Program-made: the position numbers and the translations under genes
In this document: piece by piece, positions 17,385 to 30,278 of the stretch
Position numbering within the stretch: the stretch's first letter is position 1
How the letters are laid out: each line of letters starts with the position of its first letter
NCBI GenBank assembly: GCA_046050355.1
Contig: JBJOPW010000011.1
Span: forward strand, 1 to 36,049
Reading direction: 5' to 3'
DNA length: 36,049 bases
From: Candidatus Parcubacteria bacterium
GTDB taxonomy: Bacteria > Patescibacteriota > Minisyncoccia > Phycocordibacterales > UBA918
The notes under the pieces: model-generated
Told to the model about the DNA's origin: nothing
What the model saw: the letters and a program-made list of their open reading frames with translations, nothing else
The model's database searches: none

Positions 17385-17705
17385 ATGATACAAAAAATTA
17401 TTTTAGGAATTGGTGCACTGGGACTCTTCTATCTTGGGTACGTGTTATTTATTCAAACAGACGAGTTTGCCCTAGAAGACAGCGCTGTTAATCCAATGGC
17501 AGACAATCTCGTAGCGAAGACGCAGGTTTTTATTGGGCGACGAGCCCAACTTGATCAAGTAGCTATTGAGAGCGCTCTATTTACTGATCCACGGTTTACA
17601 ACACTACGCTCTTATACAACTGAATTGTCTGATCAGTCAGTAGGGAAAAGTTCAATCTTCGAACTGCCTGATGCTGTGGTTAATTACAATGCTGCGAGTG
17701 ATTGA
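17385..17705 (+). CDS. Small membrane-anchored pilus-cluster protein
   Basis: N-terminal TM helix; LF.DPRF..L motif; lies between the PilO-like gene and pilB. Confidence 0.6.
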   Translation: MIQKIILGIGALGLFYLGYVLFIQTDEFALEDSAVNPMADNLVAKTQVFIGRRAQLDQVAIESALFTDPRFTTLRSYTTELSDQSVGKSSIFELPDAVVNYNAASD

Positions 17706-17716
17706 TCGTCATTACT

Positions 17717-19531
17717 ATGAATGTTCTTGATCAATTTGTCGCTGAAAAACTACTCACCGAGTCTCAGCTTGAGGCCATTGCGTCTCGGCAGGCGAGTGGT
17801 GAAGGGTTGCCACTGGAGGCAACCCTCGTTGAAATGGGTATTACTCTTGCCGATATCAAGCGGATTTTTTCAAGCTATTATGAGATCCCGAGCTTTACGC
17901 TCCCAGACGAGTTTGTGATCTCAAATGAAGTACTCTCGTATATTCCTGAAGATTCAGCACTGCACTATGGGATTACACCACTTAATCTCGAAAATGGTGT
18001 TCTGCTGGTTGGGGTTAATAATCCTGACGATCTTCAATTACGCGAAGTCCTCAACTTCATTAGTACAAAGCATAATTTACCCTACAAGCTCGTCTATTTA
18101 ACGCCTGACGAAATCAAGAAAACTCAAGCCTTTTATGCCAACATCAAAGCAGACGTCACTGACGCGCTTGATACGCTTGAAGGCGAGCTTGATGTTACCA
18201 TTGATAAAAAATCAGTTGGTGGCGATGTTGATGAGCCAGCTGACGTGATGGAACATCTAAAAGAAGATGCTCCTGTGACTAAAATCGTCGCCACGATTCT
18301 ACGCTATGCCATTGATGGTAATGCCTCAGATATCCATATTGAACCGACGGATAAGAAAGTGATTGTACGTTTCCGTGTCGATGGTGTGCTCCAGACCAGT
18401 CTTGAGCTTCCGAAGAATGTACAACTGGCAGTGTCTGCTCGTATTAAGATCTTGTCATCAATGCGACTTGATGAACGCCGCAAACCCCAAGACGGGCGTT
18501 TCTCGGCTACTTTCGATGGGCGTAAAATTGACTTTCGTGTCTCAATCTTACCAACCAGTCATGGTGAGAAGGTGGTTATGCGTATTCTCGATAACGAAAA
18601 AGGAGTACGTACCCTCGAAGATGCGGGTGTAGATGGTCATCATCTGGAAGTGATCAAGCGTATGCTCAAAGAGCCATACGGTATTATCTTGATCTCAGGT
18701 CCAACCGGCTCTGGTAAATCGACCACCTTGTATGCGATGTTAGCTGAACTCGATAAAGCGACACAGAATGTACTCTCGCTTGAGGACCCGGTTGAATATG
18801 ATATTGAAGGGGTGAGCCAGTCACAAGTTCGTCCGGAGATTGGCTACACTTTTGCTACTGGGTTGCGGGCAGCATTGCGACAGGACCCTGACATTATTAT
18901 GGTGGGAGAAATTCGTGATAAAGAAACTGCTCAACTAGCCATTCAAGCCGCTTTGACTGGTCACCTAGTACTCTCGACCATTCACACCAATAACTCAATT
19001 GGGGTTATTCCTCGACTCATCGATATGGGAGTTGATCCGTATTTGATTGCTCCAACTCTCAAACTCGCCATTGCACAACGGTTGGCTCGCCGTATTAAAA
19101 CCGGAACCGGTCGAGAAGAGACACTTGATGAAAGTATGAAGTATCGCATTGACGATACTTTTAAGACATTGCCAGAGCAGTACAAAGATCGTATACCCAA
19201 AAACCGCACTATGTTACATCCAGTGGCCAGTCCTGGTAGTACGTCAGGTCTTAAGGGGCGGGTAGCTATTATGGAAGTGCTTGAAGTCAATGAGACGATC
19301 CAGAGCTTGATTCTAAAAGGCGCTTCAGAAGAAGAGATTTATACTGAGGCGAGACAGCGTGGCTTTATGAGTATGCAGGAAGACGCCATGATTAAGGCAC
19401 TCAACCACAAGATTCCATTTGAAGAAATGAATAATTTTGGTAGTAAAGTGGGTCTTGAGGATATTAATGCCACCGCCACTCCAGTTGTCGATAACCCTCC
19501 TTCTCCTGAAACTGAAGAGGCTATACTATAG
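17717..19531 (+). CDS. pilB: Type IV pilus assembly ATPase (PilB/GspE)
   Basis: ASDIHIEP, PQDGRF, GPTGSGKSTT, LEDPVEY, LRQDPDIIMVGEIRD, TGHLVLSTIHTN. Confidence 0.95.
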   Translation: MNVLDQFVAEKLLTESQLEAIASRQASGEGLPLEATLVEMGITLADIKRIFSSYYEIPSFTLPDEFVISNEVLSYIPEDSALHYGITPLNLENGVLLVGVNNPDDLQLREVLNFISTKHNLPYKLVYLTPDEIKKTQAFYANIKADVTDALDTLEGELDVTIDKKSVGGDVDEPADVMEHLKEDAPVTKIVATILRYAIDGNASDIHIEPTDKKVIVRFRVDGVLQTSLELPKNVQLAVSARIKILSSMRLDERRKPQDGRFSATFDGRKIDFRVSILPTSHGEKVVMRILDNEKGVRTLEDAGVDGHHLEVIKRMLKEPYGIILISGPTGSGKSTTLYAMLAELDKATQNVLSLEDPVEYDIEGVSQSQVRPEIGYTFATGLRAALRQDPDIIMVGEIRDKETAQLAIQAALTGHLVLSTIHTNNSIGVIPRLIDMGVDPYLIAPTLKLAIAQRLARRIKTGTGREETLDESMKYRIDDTFKTLPEQYKDRIPKNRTMLHPVASPGSTSGLKGRVAIMEVLEVNETIQSLILKGASEEEIYTEARQRGFMSMQEDAMIKALNHKIPFEEMNNFGSKVGLEDINATATPVVDNPPSPETEEAIL

Positions 19532-19533
19532 TA

Positions 19534-19905
19534 ATGAAGATACTTCTCGTCGATGATGACACATTTTTGCGTGATATGTATGCCACTAAATTTGTGGAGT
19601 GTGGGCACGATGTGACGACCGCGGTGCATGCTGCTGATGGCCTGCGGATTATGGAACAGGATAGTTCGTTTGATTTGATTATTGTCGACATGATCATGCC
19701 GGGGATGACTGGGGTTGAGCTCATGGAGGAGTTGAGTCGGATTTATAGCGATAAAAAGTTCAAGTTTATTGTCTTATCAAATCAAGGACAAGACCAAGAT
19801 ATTGAAGAAGCCAAGGCCGCTGGTGCTATTGGGTACATTATCAAGGCGCAATCAATACCGAGTGAAGTGGTCAAACGGGTAGAAGAAATAGTTAGTGGCA
19901 CATAA
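19534..19905 (+). CDS. Single-domain response regulator (receiver)
   Basis: KILLVDDD, D.IMPGMTG, LSN, GA.GYIIK. Confidence 0.9.
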   Translation: MKILLVDDDTFLRDMYATKFVECGHDVTTAVHAADGLRIMEQDSSFDLIIVDMIMPGMTGVELMEELSRIYSDKKFKFIVLSNQGQDQDIEEAKAAGAIGYIIKAQSIPSEVVKRVEEIVSGT

Positions 19906-19914
19906 CCTGAGTGT

Positions 19915-20982
19915 ATGGCAGTTGATTACAAAAAAGAACTAGAGTTACTCATTGCGTCGGTCGTGAATGAACATGGATCAGACCTGCATTTGTCTGTGGG
20001 GAATCATCCGACTATTCGAGTGAGTGGTTCGCTGATTCCGTTACTACGCAAACCAATTTTAACAGATGCCGATGTTATGGCTTTTGCTAAAGTATTAATG
20101 CGCGGTGAATTTCTGGAGCGACTAGAAAAGCGTCAAGAAGTCGACTTTTCATTTGAAGCGGCCGGCAAGGTTCGTTTTCGTGGTAATGCGTTTCATCAAA
20201 AAGGCAGTCCTTCGATAGTGCTCCGTTTGATTCCGAACGTGATTTTGAGCCTAGAAGAATTAAATCTACCACCAATTCTTGATAGTTTTACAGAACGTCC
20301 ACAGGGCTTTTTCCTCTGCGTTGGCCCGGTGGGGCAGGGTAAGTCGACCACGTTAGCGGCCATGGTTAATCGAATTAATCAACGACGATCAGACCATATC
20401 GTCACTATTGAAGACCCAATTGAATACATTTATACGCCACAAAAAGCGATGATTGACCAACGGGAAGTTGGGATTGATACCGAGAGTTTTGAGTCCGCGC
20501 TCCATGCTGCCTTTCGTCAGGATGTTGATGTCATACTGATTGGTGAGATGCGTAGTCCAGAAACCATTGCCACCGCTGTGACAGCGGCTGAAACCGGTCA
20601 TCTGGTGTATGCCACCTTACACACTAATGATGCTGCTCAGACCATCAACCGTATCATTGACTCTTTCCCTGGTTCACAACAAGATCAAATTCGTACCCAG
20701 TTGGCCTCATCATTGATTGGTGTTTTCTCGCAACGTCTCATACCTAGAATTGCTGGTGGTCTGGTACCAGCCTATGAGTTGCTTATTAATAATGTGGCGG
20801 TATCAAATCTCATCCGTGAACGACGTATTCACGAAATCTATTCGGTGATTGAGACAGGACTTGAACACGGTATGATTGATATGAACCGCGTGTTGGCACA
20901 GTTGGTCCAAAAAGGGGAGATCACCGTTGAGAATGCCTTCCTCCATTCGTCTAATCCGAAAGGGCTAGAGCGACTTATCTAA
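19915..20982 (+). CDS. pilT: Type IV pilus retraction ATPase PilT
   Basis: SDLHL, GPVGQGKSTT, TIEDPIE, GEMR, AAETGHLV..TLHT, NLIRE. Confidence 0.93.
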   Translation: MAVDYKKELELLIASVVNEHGSDLHLSVGNHPTIRVSGSLIPLLRKPILTDADVMAFAKVLMRGEFLERLEKRQEVDFSFEAAGKVRFRGNAFHQKGSPSIVLRLIPNVILSLEELNLPPILDSFTERPQGFFLCVGPVGQGKSTTLAAMVNRINQRRSDHIVTIEDPIEYIYTPQKAMIDQREVGIDTESFESALHAAFRQDVDVILIGEMRSPETIATAVTAAETGHLVYATLHTNDAAQTINRIIDSFPGSQQDQIRTQLASSLIGVFSQRLIPRIAGGLVPAYELLINNVAVSNLIRERRIHEIYSVIETGLEHGMIDMNRVLAQLVQKGEITVENAFLHSSNPKGLERLI

Positions 20983-20983
20983 T

Positions 20984-22192
20984 ATGTTATTTTCCTACAA
21001 AGCCATTGATAGTAGTAATACGCAACGCGAAGGGAAAGTCGAAGCGGCGAGTATTGATGCCGCTATCACGGTAGTCCAAAAGCGTGGTTATACGATTATT
21101 AATATAGAACCGATTGAAGATAAAAAAAATATTTTCGATATTGAGTTGAGTCTATTTAAATCAGTCAAAACAAAAGAAGTAGTGATCTTATCTCGTCAGA
21201 TTGCTACCTTATTTCAAGCCCACGTTTCGCCATTACGTATCTTCCGGTTGCTGTCGGCGGAAGTAGAGAATCCAATGTTGCAAAATGTTCTCAATCGTAT
21301 CGTTGATGACTTGCAAGGAGGAAGCTCTATCTCCCGTGCGCTCGCGGCACACCCGGCCGTTTTTTCGAACTTCTACGTTAACCTCGTGCGGGCTGGTGAA
21401 GAATCAGGTTCACTGGATAAGTCGTTCAACTATCTGGCTGATTACCTTGATCGCTCGTATGAAATTGCTTCGAAAGCCCGTAATGCACTGATATATCCGG
21501 CTTTTGTTATCACTATCTTTTTTGTGGTCATGATTCTTATGCTCACCATGGTTATTCCAAAGGTGGCACAAATTTTGATTGATTCGGGGAGTGAACTGCC
21601 GATTTATACCAAAATCGTGATTGCGTTCTCTAACTTCTTGGTGGACTGGGTTGGTGTGATTTTTATCTTCCTCAGTATTGGTATTATTGGCTTCTGGCAA
21701 TTTATTAAATCACCAGTTGGATCACGGGCAGTTGATGAATTTGTTCTTGGGGTACCGTACATTGGCGATTTGAAGCGAAAGCTCATACTGACCCGACTCT
21801 GTGACAACATGTCGACGATGTTGAGTAACGGTATTTCTATTGTGCCAGCACTTGAAGTGACGAGTGAAGTGGTTGAAAATGCTGTGTATGTCGAGATACT
21901 CTCAGCCGCACTCGCCGACGTAAAAGCTGGACGATCGTTTGCTGATGCTATTTCTGAATATCCGGAAATACCAACCGTGCTCTCACAAATGATCCGGGTA
22001 GGTGAGGAGACGGGTAGCTTATCTGAAATTCTCGGAACCCTGGCCCTCTTCTACCGCCGTGAAGTTAATAACGCAATTGATACCCTGATTGGTCTCATTG
22101 AGCCAGTTATGATTGTGATGCTTGGTCTTGGTGTCGGTTTGCTCCTGGCTTCGGTGCTTATGCCAATCTACAACATCACCACCGGGGTCTAA
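20984..22192 (+). CDS. pilC: Type IV pilus platform protein PilC (GspF family)
   Basis: GEESGSL, ALIYP, GEETGSL, LIEP, MPIY motifs. Confidence 0.93.
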   Translation: MLFSYKAIDSSNTQREGKVEAASIDAAITVVQKRGYTIINIEPIEDKKNIFDIELSLFKSVKTKEVVILSRQIATLFQAHVSPLRIFRLLSAEVENPMLQNVLNRIVDDLQGGSSISRALAAHPAVFSNFYVNLVRAGEESGSLDKSFNYLADYLDRSYEIASKARNALIYPAFVITIFFVVMILMLTMVIPKVAQILIDSGSELPIYTKIVIAFSNFLVDWVGVIFIFLSIGIIGFWQFIKSPVGSRAVDEFVLGVPYIGDLKRKLILTRLCDNMSTMLSNGISIVPALEVTSEVVENAVYVEILSAALADVKAGRSFADAISEYPEIPTVLSQMIRVGEETGSLSEILGTLALFYRREVNNAIDTLIGLIEPVMIVMLGLGVGLLLASVLMPIYNITTGV

Positions 22193-22302
22193 TGAGCCTA
22201 TGGCGAATTATCGCGAGCTAAGCCTATTCCAAGTAGCTTTGTCCGCGCCGAATCACTTTGATATCCCGCCTCCTTACAGGAGCTGTCCGTCTTACAGACG
22301 CC

Positions 22303-22481
22303 GTACAGGTTGTCGCTGCTCCGCAGCTGGCAACCTTCTCCAATAACATCCCATGTTATTGGAGCCTTGTCGCTACTTTATTTCGTTTCACTCATAAAGT
22401 ACCAGGCAAGGTCTTGCGAAATGGGTCATTACATGACCAGTACAGGTTGTCGCTATTTTTAATAAAAATAGCTGGCAACCT
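22303..22481. repeat. Three REP-like palindromic units in the pilC-pilin intergenic region
   Basis: GTACAGGTTGTCGCT-[variable hairpin]-AGCTGGCAACCT at 22303-22336 and 22440-22481; variant copy at 22364-22411. Confidence 0.7.
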
Positions 22482-22755
22482 CTTGCGGAGTGATATTTAA
22501 TCACTCCTCACCCATCCCATTTCTCACCTAGCATCTGAACTAATTTGGGTCGTTTAGAAATATCTTCGGCATTATAATTTAGTAATTATAAATTTTGTTT
22601 ACAAATTGTTGTCCACACGCGTGAGGCGGTTCGGTAGAAAATACAACATATAATTACAGGAGGTCACGTACAACGTGCCTAGTTGTGCAATATTAAGGCA
22701 TACAGCTGATGTCTGAATACTCACGATTTTAATCACCTAATCTTTTAAACAACAT

Positions 22756-23214
22756 ATGTTTAAGAACATGGCACACCGTGGTTTTACGCTCATTGAGCTC
22801 CTCGTTGTGATCGCAATTATCGGTATCCTCGCCGCTACTGTACTCGCTTCACTTGGCAATGCCCGATCATCTGGTAGTGATGCGTCGATGCAGGGAAGTA
22901 TTAACAGTATGAAATCGGAAGCAGAAATTTTGTACACATCAACTAATTCATATGCGACTGTCTGTAGTGCAACGAGTACTACTAACCTCCGCAATGCTAT
23001 TGTTGCCAATAGTAATGATGGTGATGCAACTTTGACTGTCGGTGGTGCTTCAAGTGCTACCGCGGCTGCCTGTAACCACAGTGCTACTGGTTGGGCTATT
23101 GCCGCGCCACGTAAGTCATCTGGTAACGTGGTATTCTGTGCTGATAGTACCGGCTACTCAGGTAACGTTGCTAACGGTTCACTCACGGGTGGTACGGATT
23201 ATACCTGTCTCTAA
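22756..23214 (+). CDS. pilA: Major type IV pilin
   Basis: [20 protein letters not shown] class III signal, four Cys, own upstream region and terminator. Confidence 0.9.
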   Translation: MFKNMAHRGFTLIELLVVIAIIGILAATVLASLGNARSSGSDASMQGSINSMKSEAEILYTSTNSYATVCSATSTTNLRNAIVANSNDGDATLTVGGASSATAAACNHSATGWAIAAPRKSSGNVVFCADSTGYSGNVANGSLTGGTDYTCL

Positions 23215-23233
23215 GAGTCAGTGTGGATGAAAC

Positions 23234-23262
23234 CACAAAAGCGCCAATTGGCGCTTTTGTGT
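23234..23262 (+). terminator. Intrinsic terminator after the pilin gene
   Basis: CACAAAAGCGCC-aatt-GGCGCTTTTGTG perfect inverted repeat. Confidence 0.7.
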
Positions 23263-23305
23263 TTATGGGGGTTGGCAGCATCCCCCGTCCTGTATACTAG
23301 TGTAT

Positions 23306-24148
23306 ATGATTTCTGTAGTAGCAATGCTCCCTGGTTGGAGTTTGGCACTGATAGCTTTTGGTTTTGGCATTATTATCGGGAGTTTTCTCAACGTGGTCAT
23401 CTATCGTTTTCATACGGGCAAATCAATACGAGGCTCTTCACACTGTTTGTCTTGTCAGACAGATCTGCGCTGGTATGAATTGTTGCCAATCATATCGTAT
23501 GTAGCCCTACGAGGGCGCTGTAATACTTGTAGCGCAAGAATCCCGAGCCGCTACCTATGGGTCGAATTATGCACGGGGATCTTGTTTGTGTTGGTGGTTA
23601 TGACTACATCCCTGTGGTACTGGTTATTGGGCTTTTTCCTAGTATCACTCCTGGTCGTGGTGGCGGTCTATGACGTCTACCATATGGTGATACCAACCCT
23701 CCTCATCACTGAGCTATGGGTGGTGGCAATACTCTTTACGCTCCTCGATTATTGGTTTAGCGGCGACAGCAAACAGATACTTATGTCTATCGCTGCAGCG
23801 TTGCTCAGTTATGGGTTTTTTGCATTACTCTGGTATGTCTCTAAAGGGCGTTGGATTGGGTACGGTGACGCTAAGTTGGCTGCACCCCTTGGATTCTTGG
23901 TCGGCTTAGCAGGAGCCTTCTCGATGATTGTTTTATCGTTTTGGGTGGGGACGATAATCAGTCTATCTTTAATTTGGATCCAAACAATAAGGCAAAAACG
24001 GGGACAATCGACCTTACGTTTTTATAGAGAACCACTTACAATAAAAAGCGAAGTCCCGTTCGCTCCGTTTCTCATCATTGCCTTTATTCTTGTATATTTT
24101 TTGACCGTTGATGTGCTTAATCTCATTACCTATGTATTGCCAATGTAA
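23306..24148 (+). CDS. pilD: Prepilin peptidase
   Basis: GSFLNVVIYR, two CxxC pairs, GYGDAKL, VPFAPFL; exact start uncertain. Confidence 0.92.
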   Translation: MISVVAMLPGWSLALIAFGFGIIIGSFLNVVIYRFHTGKSIRGSSHCLSCQTDLRWYELLPIISYVALRGRCNTCSARIPSRYLWVELCTGILFVLVVMTTSLWYWLLGFFLVSLLVVVAVYDVYHMVIPTLLITELWVVAILFTLLDYWFSGDSKQILMSIAAALLSYGFFALLWYVSKGRWIGYGDAKLAAPLGFLVGLAGAFSMIVLSFWVGTIISLSLIWIQTIRQKRGQSTLRFYREPLTIKSEVPFAPFLIIAFILVYFLTVDVLNLITYVLPM

Positions 24149-24713
24149 ACAGGTAAAACAGGCGACACATGCCGGCTTTGGGTTAATTGAGCTTATGGTG
24201 TCGATGAGTATTATGGCACTTTTATCAACACTCATTATTTCTCGTCAGTCAACGTTTAACAGTGCGATACTGTTACGTAATCAGACATATGAAGTTGCCT
24301 TTGCCCTTCGAGAGGCGCAATTATTGGCGGTGAGTGGGGGCGACGAGACGGTTCGTCAGTATGGTGTTTATATCAATACTGGCACCTCTACCAAACAGCA
24401 ATATATTGTTTTTAAGGACAGTGATGATAGTGGCACCTATGATGTGGGAGAAGAAATCGGTCTTATTGGTAAGCTTGATACGCGATTTGAAATCCGAAAT
24501 GCGTACATTGGTACAACTCCTCATACTGAGATGGTGGTACTCTTTGAGCGTCCAAACTTTGACGCAAAGTTTATGGATAGTGCGGGGGTGGAGCAGATAG
24601 ATACCGTGGCCTATATAGACGTGGCGCGTAGTGATCTTACAGGCACTGCCCCGGGTACTGTCCGTCGGGTTGAGGTGAGCCAGACCGGGCAGATAAGTGT
24701 GGTAATCTATTAA
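24132..24713 (+). CDS. Minor pilin (FimT/FimU-like)
   Basis: GFGLIELMVSM prepilin motif; start uncertain. Confidence 0.8.
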   Translation: MYCQCKQVKQATHAGFGLIELMVSMSIMALLSTLIISRQSTFNSAILLRNQTYEVAFALREAQLLAVSGGDETVRQYGVYINTGTSTKQQYIVFKDSDDSGTYDVGEEIGLIGKLDTRFEIRNAYIGTTPHTEMVVLFERPNFDAKFMDSAGVEQIDTVAYIDVARSDLTGTAPGTVRRVEVSQTGQISVVIY

Positions 24714-24716
24714 TGT

Positions 24717-25322
24717 ATGTACCTGGCACAAGCAAGGAGTGAAGGATTTACTTTGGTGGAAATGCTTGTTTCTCTCGCCTTATTTACAATAGTGGCAACC
24801 ATGTCAGTGGGGACATTGATTGTGCTCATTGGTAGTAATACGCGGGTAGTAGGTGAACAGACATCATTAACCACCCTCTCTTTTGCGCTCGATAGTATGA
24901 CACGCGAGATCCGTACGGGGAGTGAGTACTATTGTGACACTGTGGTGCAGGTGGGGAGTGCAGCTGTCTATAATAGCGCGACGGCGGTGCGAAACTGCCT
25001 TACGGGTGATGTTGGCTTTTCATTTCGTGAAGCCGGGGATAGTATCACCGGTGGTGTCGGGGCAAAGCGGATTGCCTACTATTTTAGTAACAATATGATC
25101 TGGCGAAAAGTTGGCGCCAATACCCCTCAGCCCATCATTACTAATGATGTAGTGGTCACCAATGCACGTTTCGTTGTCAGTGGAGCCAACCCACTTGGTA
25201 CGAGTGCCAATATTACGCAACCAACGGTTACGATACTCATCGAAGCGCAAGCGAGTACAACCGGCAGCACCAAGAACTTTACCCTACAGAGTACCGTGAC
25301 CCAACGTTCACTTGATTTATGA
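24717..25322 (+). CDS. Minor pilin (PilW-like)
   Basis: GFTLVEMLVSL and M.REIR.G motifs. Confidence 0.85.
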   Translation: MYLAQARSEGFTLVEMLVSLALFTIVATMSVGTLIVLIGSNTRVVGEQTSLTTLSFALDSMTREIRTGSEYYCDTVVQVGSAAVYNSATAVRNCLTGDVGFSFREAGDSITGGVGAKRIAYYFSNNMIWRKVGANTPQPIITNDVVVTNARFVVSGANPLGTSANITQPTVTILIEAQASTTGSTKNFTLQSTVTQRSLDL

Positions 25323-25913
25323 AATTTTATACCACCAACAACCAAGGTTTTAGTTTAGTGGAAGTACTGGTCGCTATCACCATCCTCCTTTTGGTAATTG
25401 CCGGACCGATGCGCATTCTCACGAGCTCAACTAACAGCACTACCTATAGTAGCGAGCAAGTCGTTGCTTACTTTTTAGCACAAGAGGGATTAGAGCTGGT
25501 GCAGCTGGGGAGAGACAATCTTGTGCTCGGCGATTTCAAAGATATTATTAATGGCCAGTCAGTTGAGCCCAGTCCATGGGCGCGTTTCCAGATAAATTTT
25601 TCTAACTGTATTAATAACACCTGTGGCATCACCGCAACTAATGCTCATCCGACTTACAATATTACTAACTGTGCGAGCCTCACTAATTGTCGGTTGTATC
25701 TTAATACTGCTTCGCCCACTAACCGTGCGAGGTACACTCATACCGCTCCTGGTAATACTGCGACACCATACACACGGACAATCCGGATTGGTATGATTAC
25801 TGCCTCAAACGGACGCATTCAGGGAGCGGTGGCTACCTCAACGGTAACGTGGCGAACGGGGAGTCTTGTAGCCAGTCAACAGGTAGAATTAGTAACGTAT
25901 CTCGCCAATGTAT

Positions 25914-25927
<14 letters not shown>
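25319..25927 (+). CDS. Minor pilin (PilV-like)
   Basis: GFSLVEVLVAI and A..LAQEGLE motifs. Confidence 0.85.
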
Positions 25928-28536
<2,609 letters not shown>

Positions 28537-28550
28537 TATGATGCCTACGT

Positions 28551-28847
28551 ATGACAGTTGAAGAAATTAAGCATTTAGGTCATTTGTCGCGGTTGGCACT
28601 TGATGACAAGGAAGCCCTCGCTTTTAGTCAAGAAATAGAAGCTATTTTGGCCTATGTTGGTACAGTATCCGCGATGGCGGGGGATGGTGCTTTGCCAAAG
28701 AACATCGGGGTGGTACACAATGTATTTCGATCGGATGAGGTGACGGTGACCCCTGGTAGTTACACCGAAGCGTTGTTGGAGGCTGCGCCAGACAGAGCGG
28801 GAGCGTACATTCGGGTGCAAAAAATTATTGGTCAAAGCGAATCCTAG
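28551..28847 (+). CDS. gatC: Asp/Glu-tRNA amidotransferase subunit C
   Basis: L..LSRL, IL.YV, NVFRSD, AP......VQKI; directly upstream of gatA. Confidence 0.9.
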   Translation: MTVEEIKHLGHLSRLALDDKEALAFSQEIEAILAYVGTVSAMAGDGALPKNIGVVHNVFRSDEVTVTPGSYTEALLEAAPDRAGAYIRVQKIIGQSES

Positions 28848-28848
28848 T

Positions 28849-30273
28849 ATGATGACTGCAACTGCTCTGTTAGCTGCCTATCGCGCCAAAACTACTACTC
28901 CGACCGCTGAGGTGGAGCGCGTCTTTTCGATAATCAAAGCCAAAGATGCTCGCATCCACGCATTTCTCGAAACGTATGAAACTGAGGCTCGAGCCGCGGC
29001 GGCTGAAGCAACGCTTCGTTACACCGCTGAAGCAGCAGATCTTCCACCACTCCTCGGCTTACCGATTGCAGTAAAAAATAATATTCTTGTAGCTGGTAAG
29101 AAGGCTACGGCAGCCTCAAAGATTCTCGAAAATTATGTCGCATCGTATGATGCCACTATTATTACTCGCCTCAAAGAAGCGGGAGCCATCATTATTGGGG
29201 CCACGAACATGGACGAGTTTGCGATGGGTGGATCAACGGAAAATTCGGCTTTTGGGATTACTCGCAATCCTTATGATGAGGAGCGGGTGCCTGGTGGTTC
29301 CTCGGGTGGTTCGGCGGCAGCGGTAGCGATGGAGGCAGTACCAGTAGCGCTTGGTACAGACACTGGTGGATCAATCCGTCAACCCGCCAGCTATTGTGGG
29401 TTGGTTGGTCTTAAACCTACGTACGGAGCGGTGTCTCGATATGGTTTAATCGCAATGGGGTCATCGCTTGATCAAGCTGGTCCATTAACCACCAGTGTGG
29501 CTGATGCTGCACTCTTACACCGTATTATTGCGGGTCAAGATCCGCTGGACGCTACCACGTTACCCACAGGCGCTTATGGTGAAGTGCCGGTAAAATCAAC
29601 GTATCGTTTTGGTGTTCCAAGAAAATTCTTACAAAGTGGTATAGACCCTGATGTACTTACCGCTTTTGAAGCGCACATAGCACTGCTCCGAGAGCTCGGA
29701 CACGAAGTCGTTGATATCGAACTACCCCTCTTCGAACAAGGTCTGGCGGCCTATTACATCGTGATGCCAGCTGAAGTGTCTTCTAATACCGCTCGGTATG
29801 ATGGGATTCGCTATGGACTATCAGTCGCAGGCAAGAATCTTCTTGCGGTGTATGAACAGTCTCGGGGCGCTGGTTTTGGCCCCGAAGTGAAGCGCCGTAT
29901 TCTTCTCGGCACCTACGTGCTATCGTCTGGTTATTATGATGCTTATTACGGGAAAGCGGAAGCTGCCCGTGAAGCAATGCGTGAAGAGCTACGGAGCCAG
30001 TTCACTACGGTCGATATTATTTTAACACCAACCGCGCCATCACCAGCGTTCAAGATTGGTGAACAAACTGATCCACTTTCAATGTACCGCCAGGATATAT
30101 TCACCGTCCCAGTTAATCTGACCGGTGTGCCAGCATTATCGTTCCCGATGGGAACTGTGGAGCGTGACAGTAAATCACTTCCGGTTGGGGTACAATATAT
30201 AGTGCCACATGGCGGAGAAGCACGACTCTTTGATATCGGAGAGCGTGTCTATGACTCTCGTCTCGGACAATAA
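28849..30273 (+). CDS. gatA: Asp/Glu-tRNA amidotransferase subunit A
   Basis: NMDEFAMGGSTENS, PGGSSGGSAAAV, GTDTGGSIRQPA, EVKRRILLGTYVLS.GYYDAYY. Confidence 0.97.
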   Translation: MMTATALLAAYRAKTTTPTAEVERVFSIIKAKDARIHAFLETYETEARAAAAEATLRYTAEAADLPPLLGLPIAVKNNILVAGKKATAASKILENYVASYDATIITRLKEAGAIIIGATNMDEFAMGGSTENSAFGITRNPYDEERVPGGSSGGSAAAVAMEAVPVALGTDTGGSIRQPASYCGLVGLKPTYGAVSRYGLIAMGSSLDQAGPLTTSVADAALLHRIIAGQDPLDATTLPTGAYGEVPVKSTYRFGVPRKFLQSGIDPDVLTAFEAHIALLRELGHEVVDIELPLFEQGLAAYYIVMPAEVSSNTARYDGIRYGLSVAGKNLLAVYEQSRGAGFGPEVKRRILLGTYVLSSGYYDAYYGKAEAAREAMREELRSQFTTVDIILTPTAPSPAFKIGEQTDPLSMYRQDIFTVPVNLTGVPALSFPMGTVERDSKSLPVGVQYIVPHGGEARLFDIGERVYDSRLGQ

Positions 30274-30278
30274 TCATT

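Noticed and set aside
22122-22500. Short ORFs between pilC and the pilin gene
   Set aside because: They lie over palindromic repeats and have no recognisable protein features.
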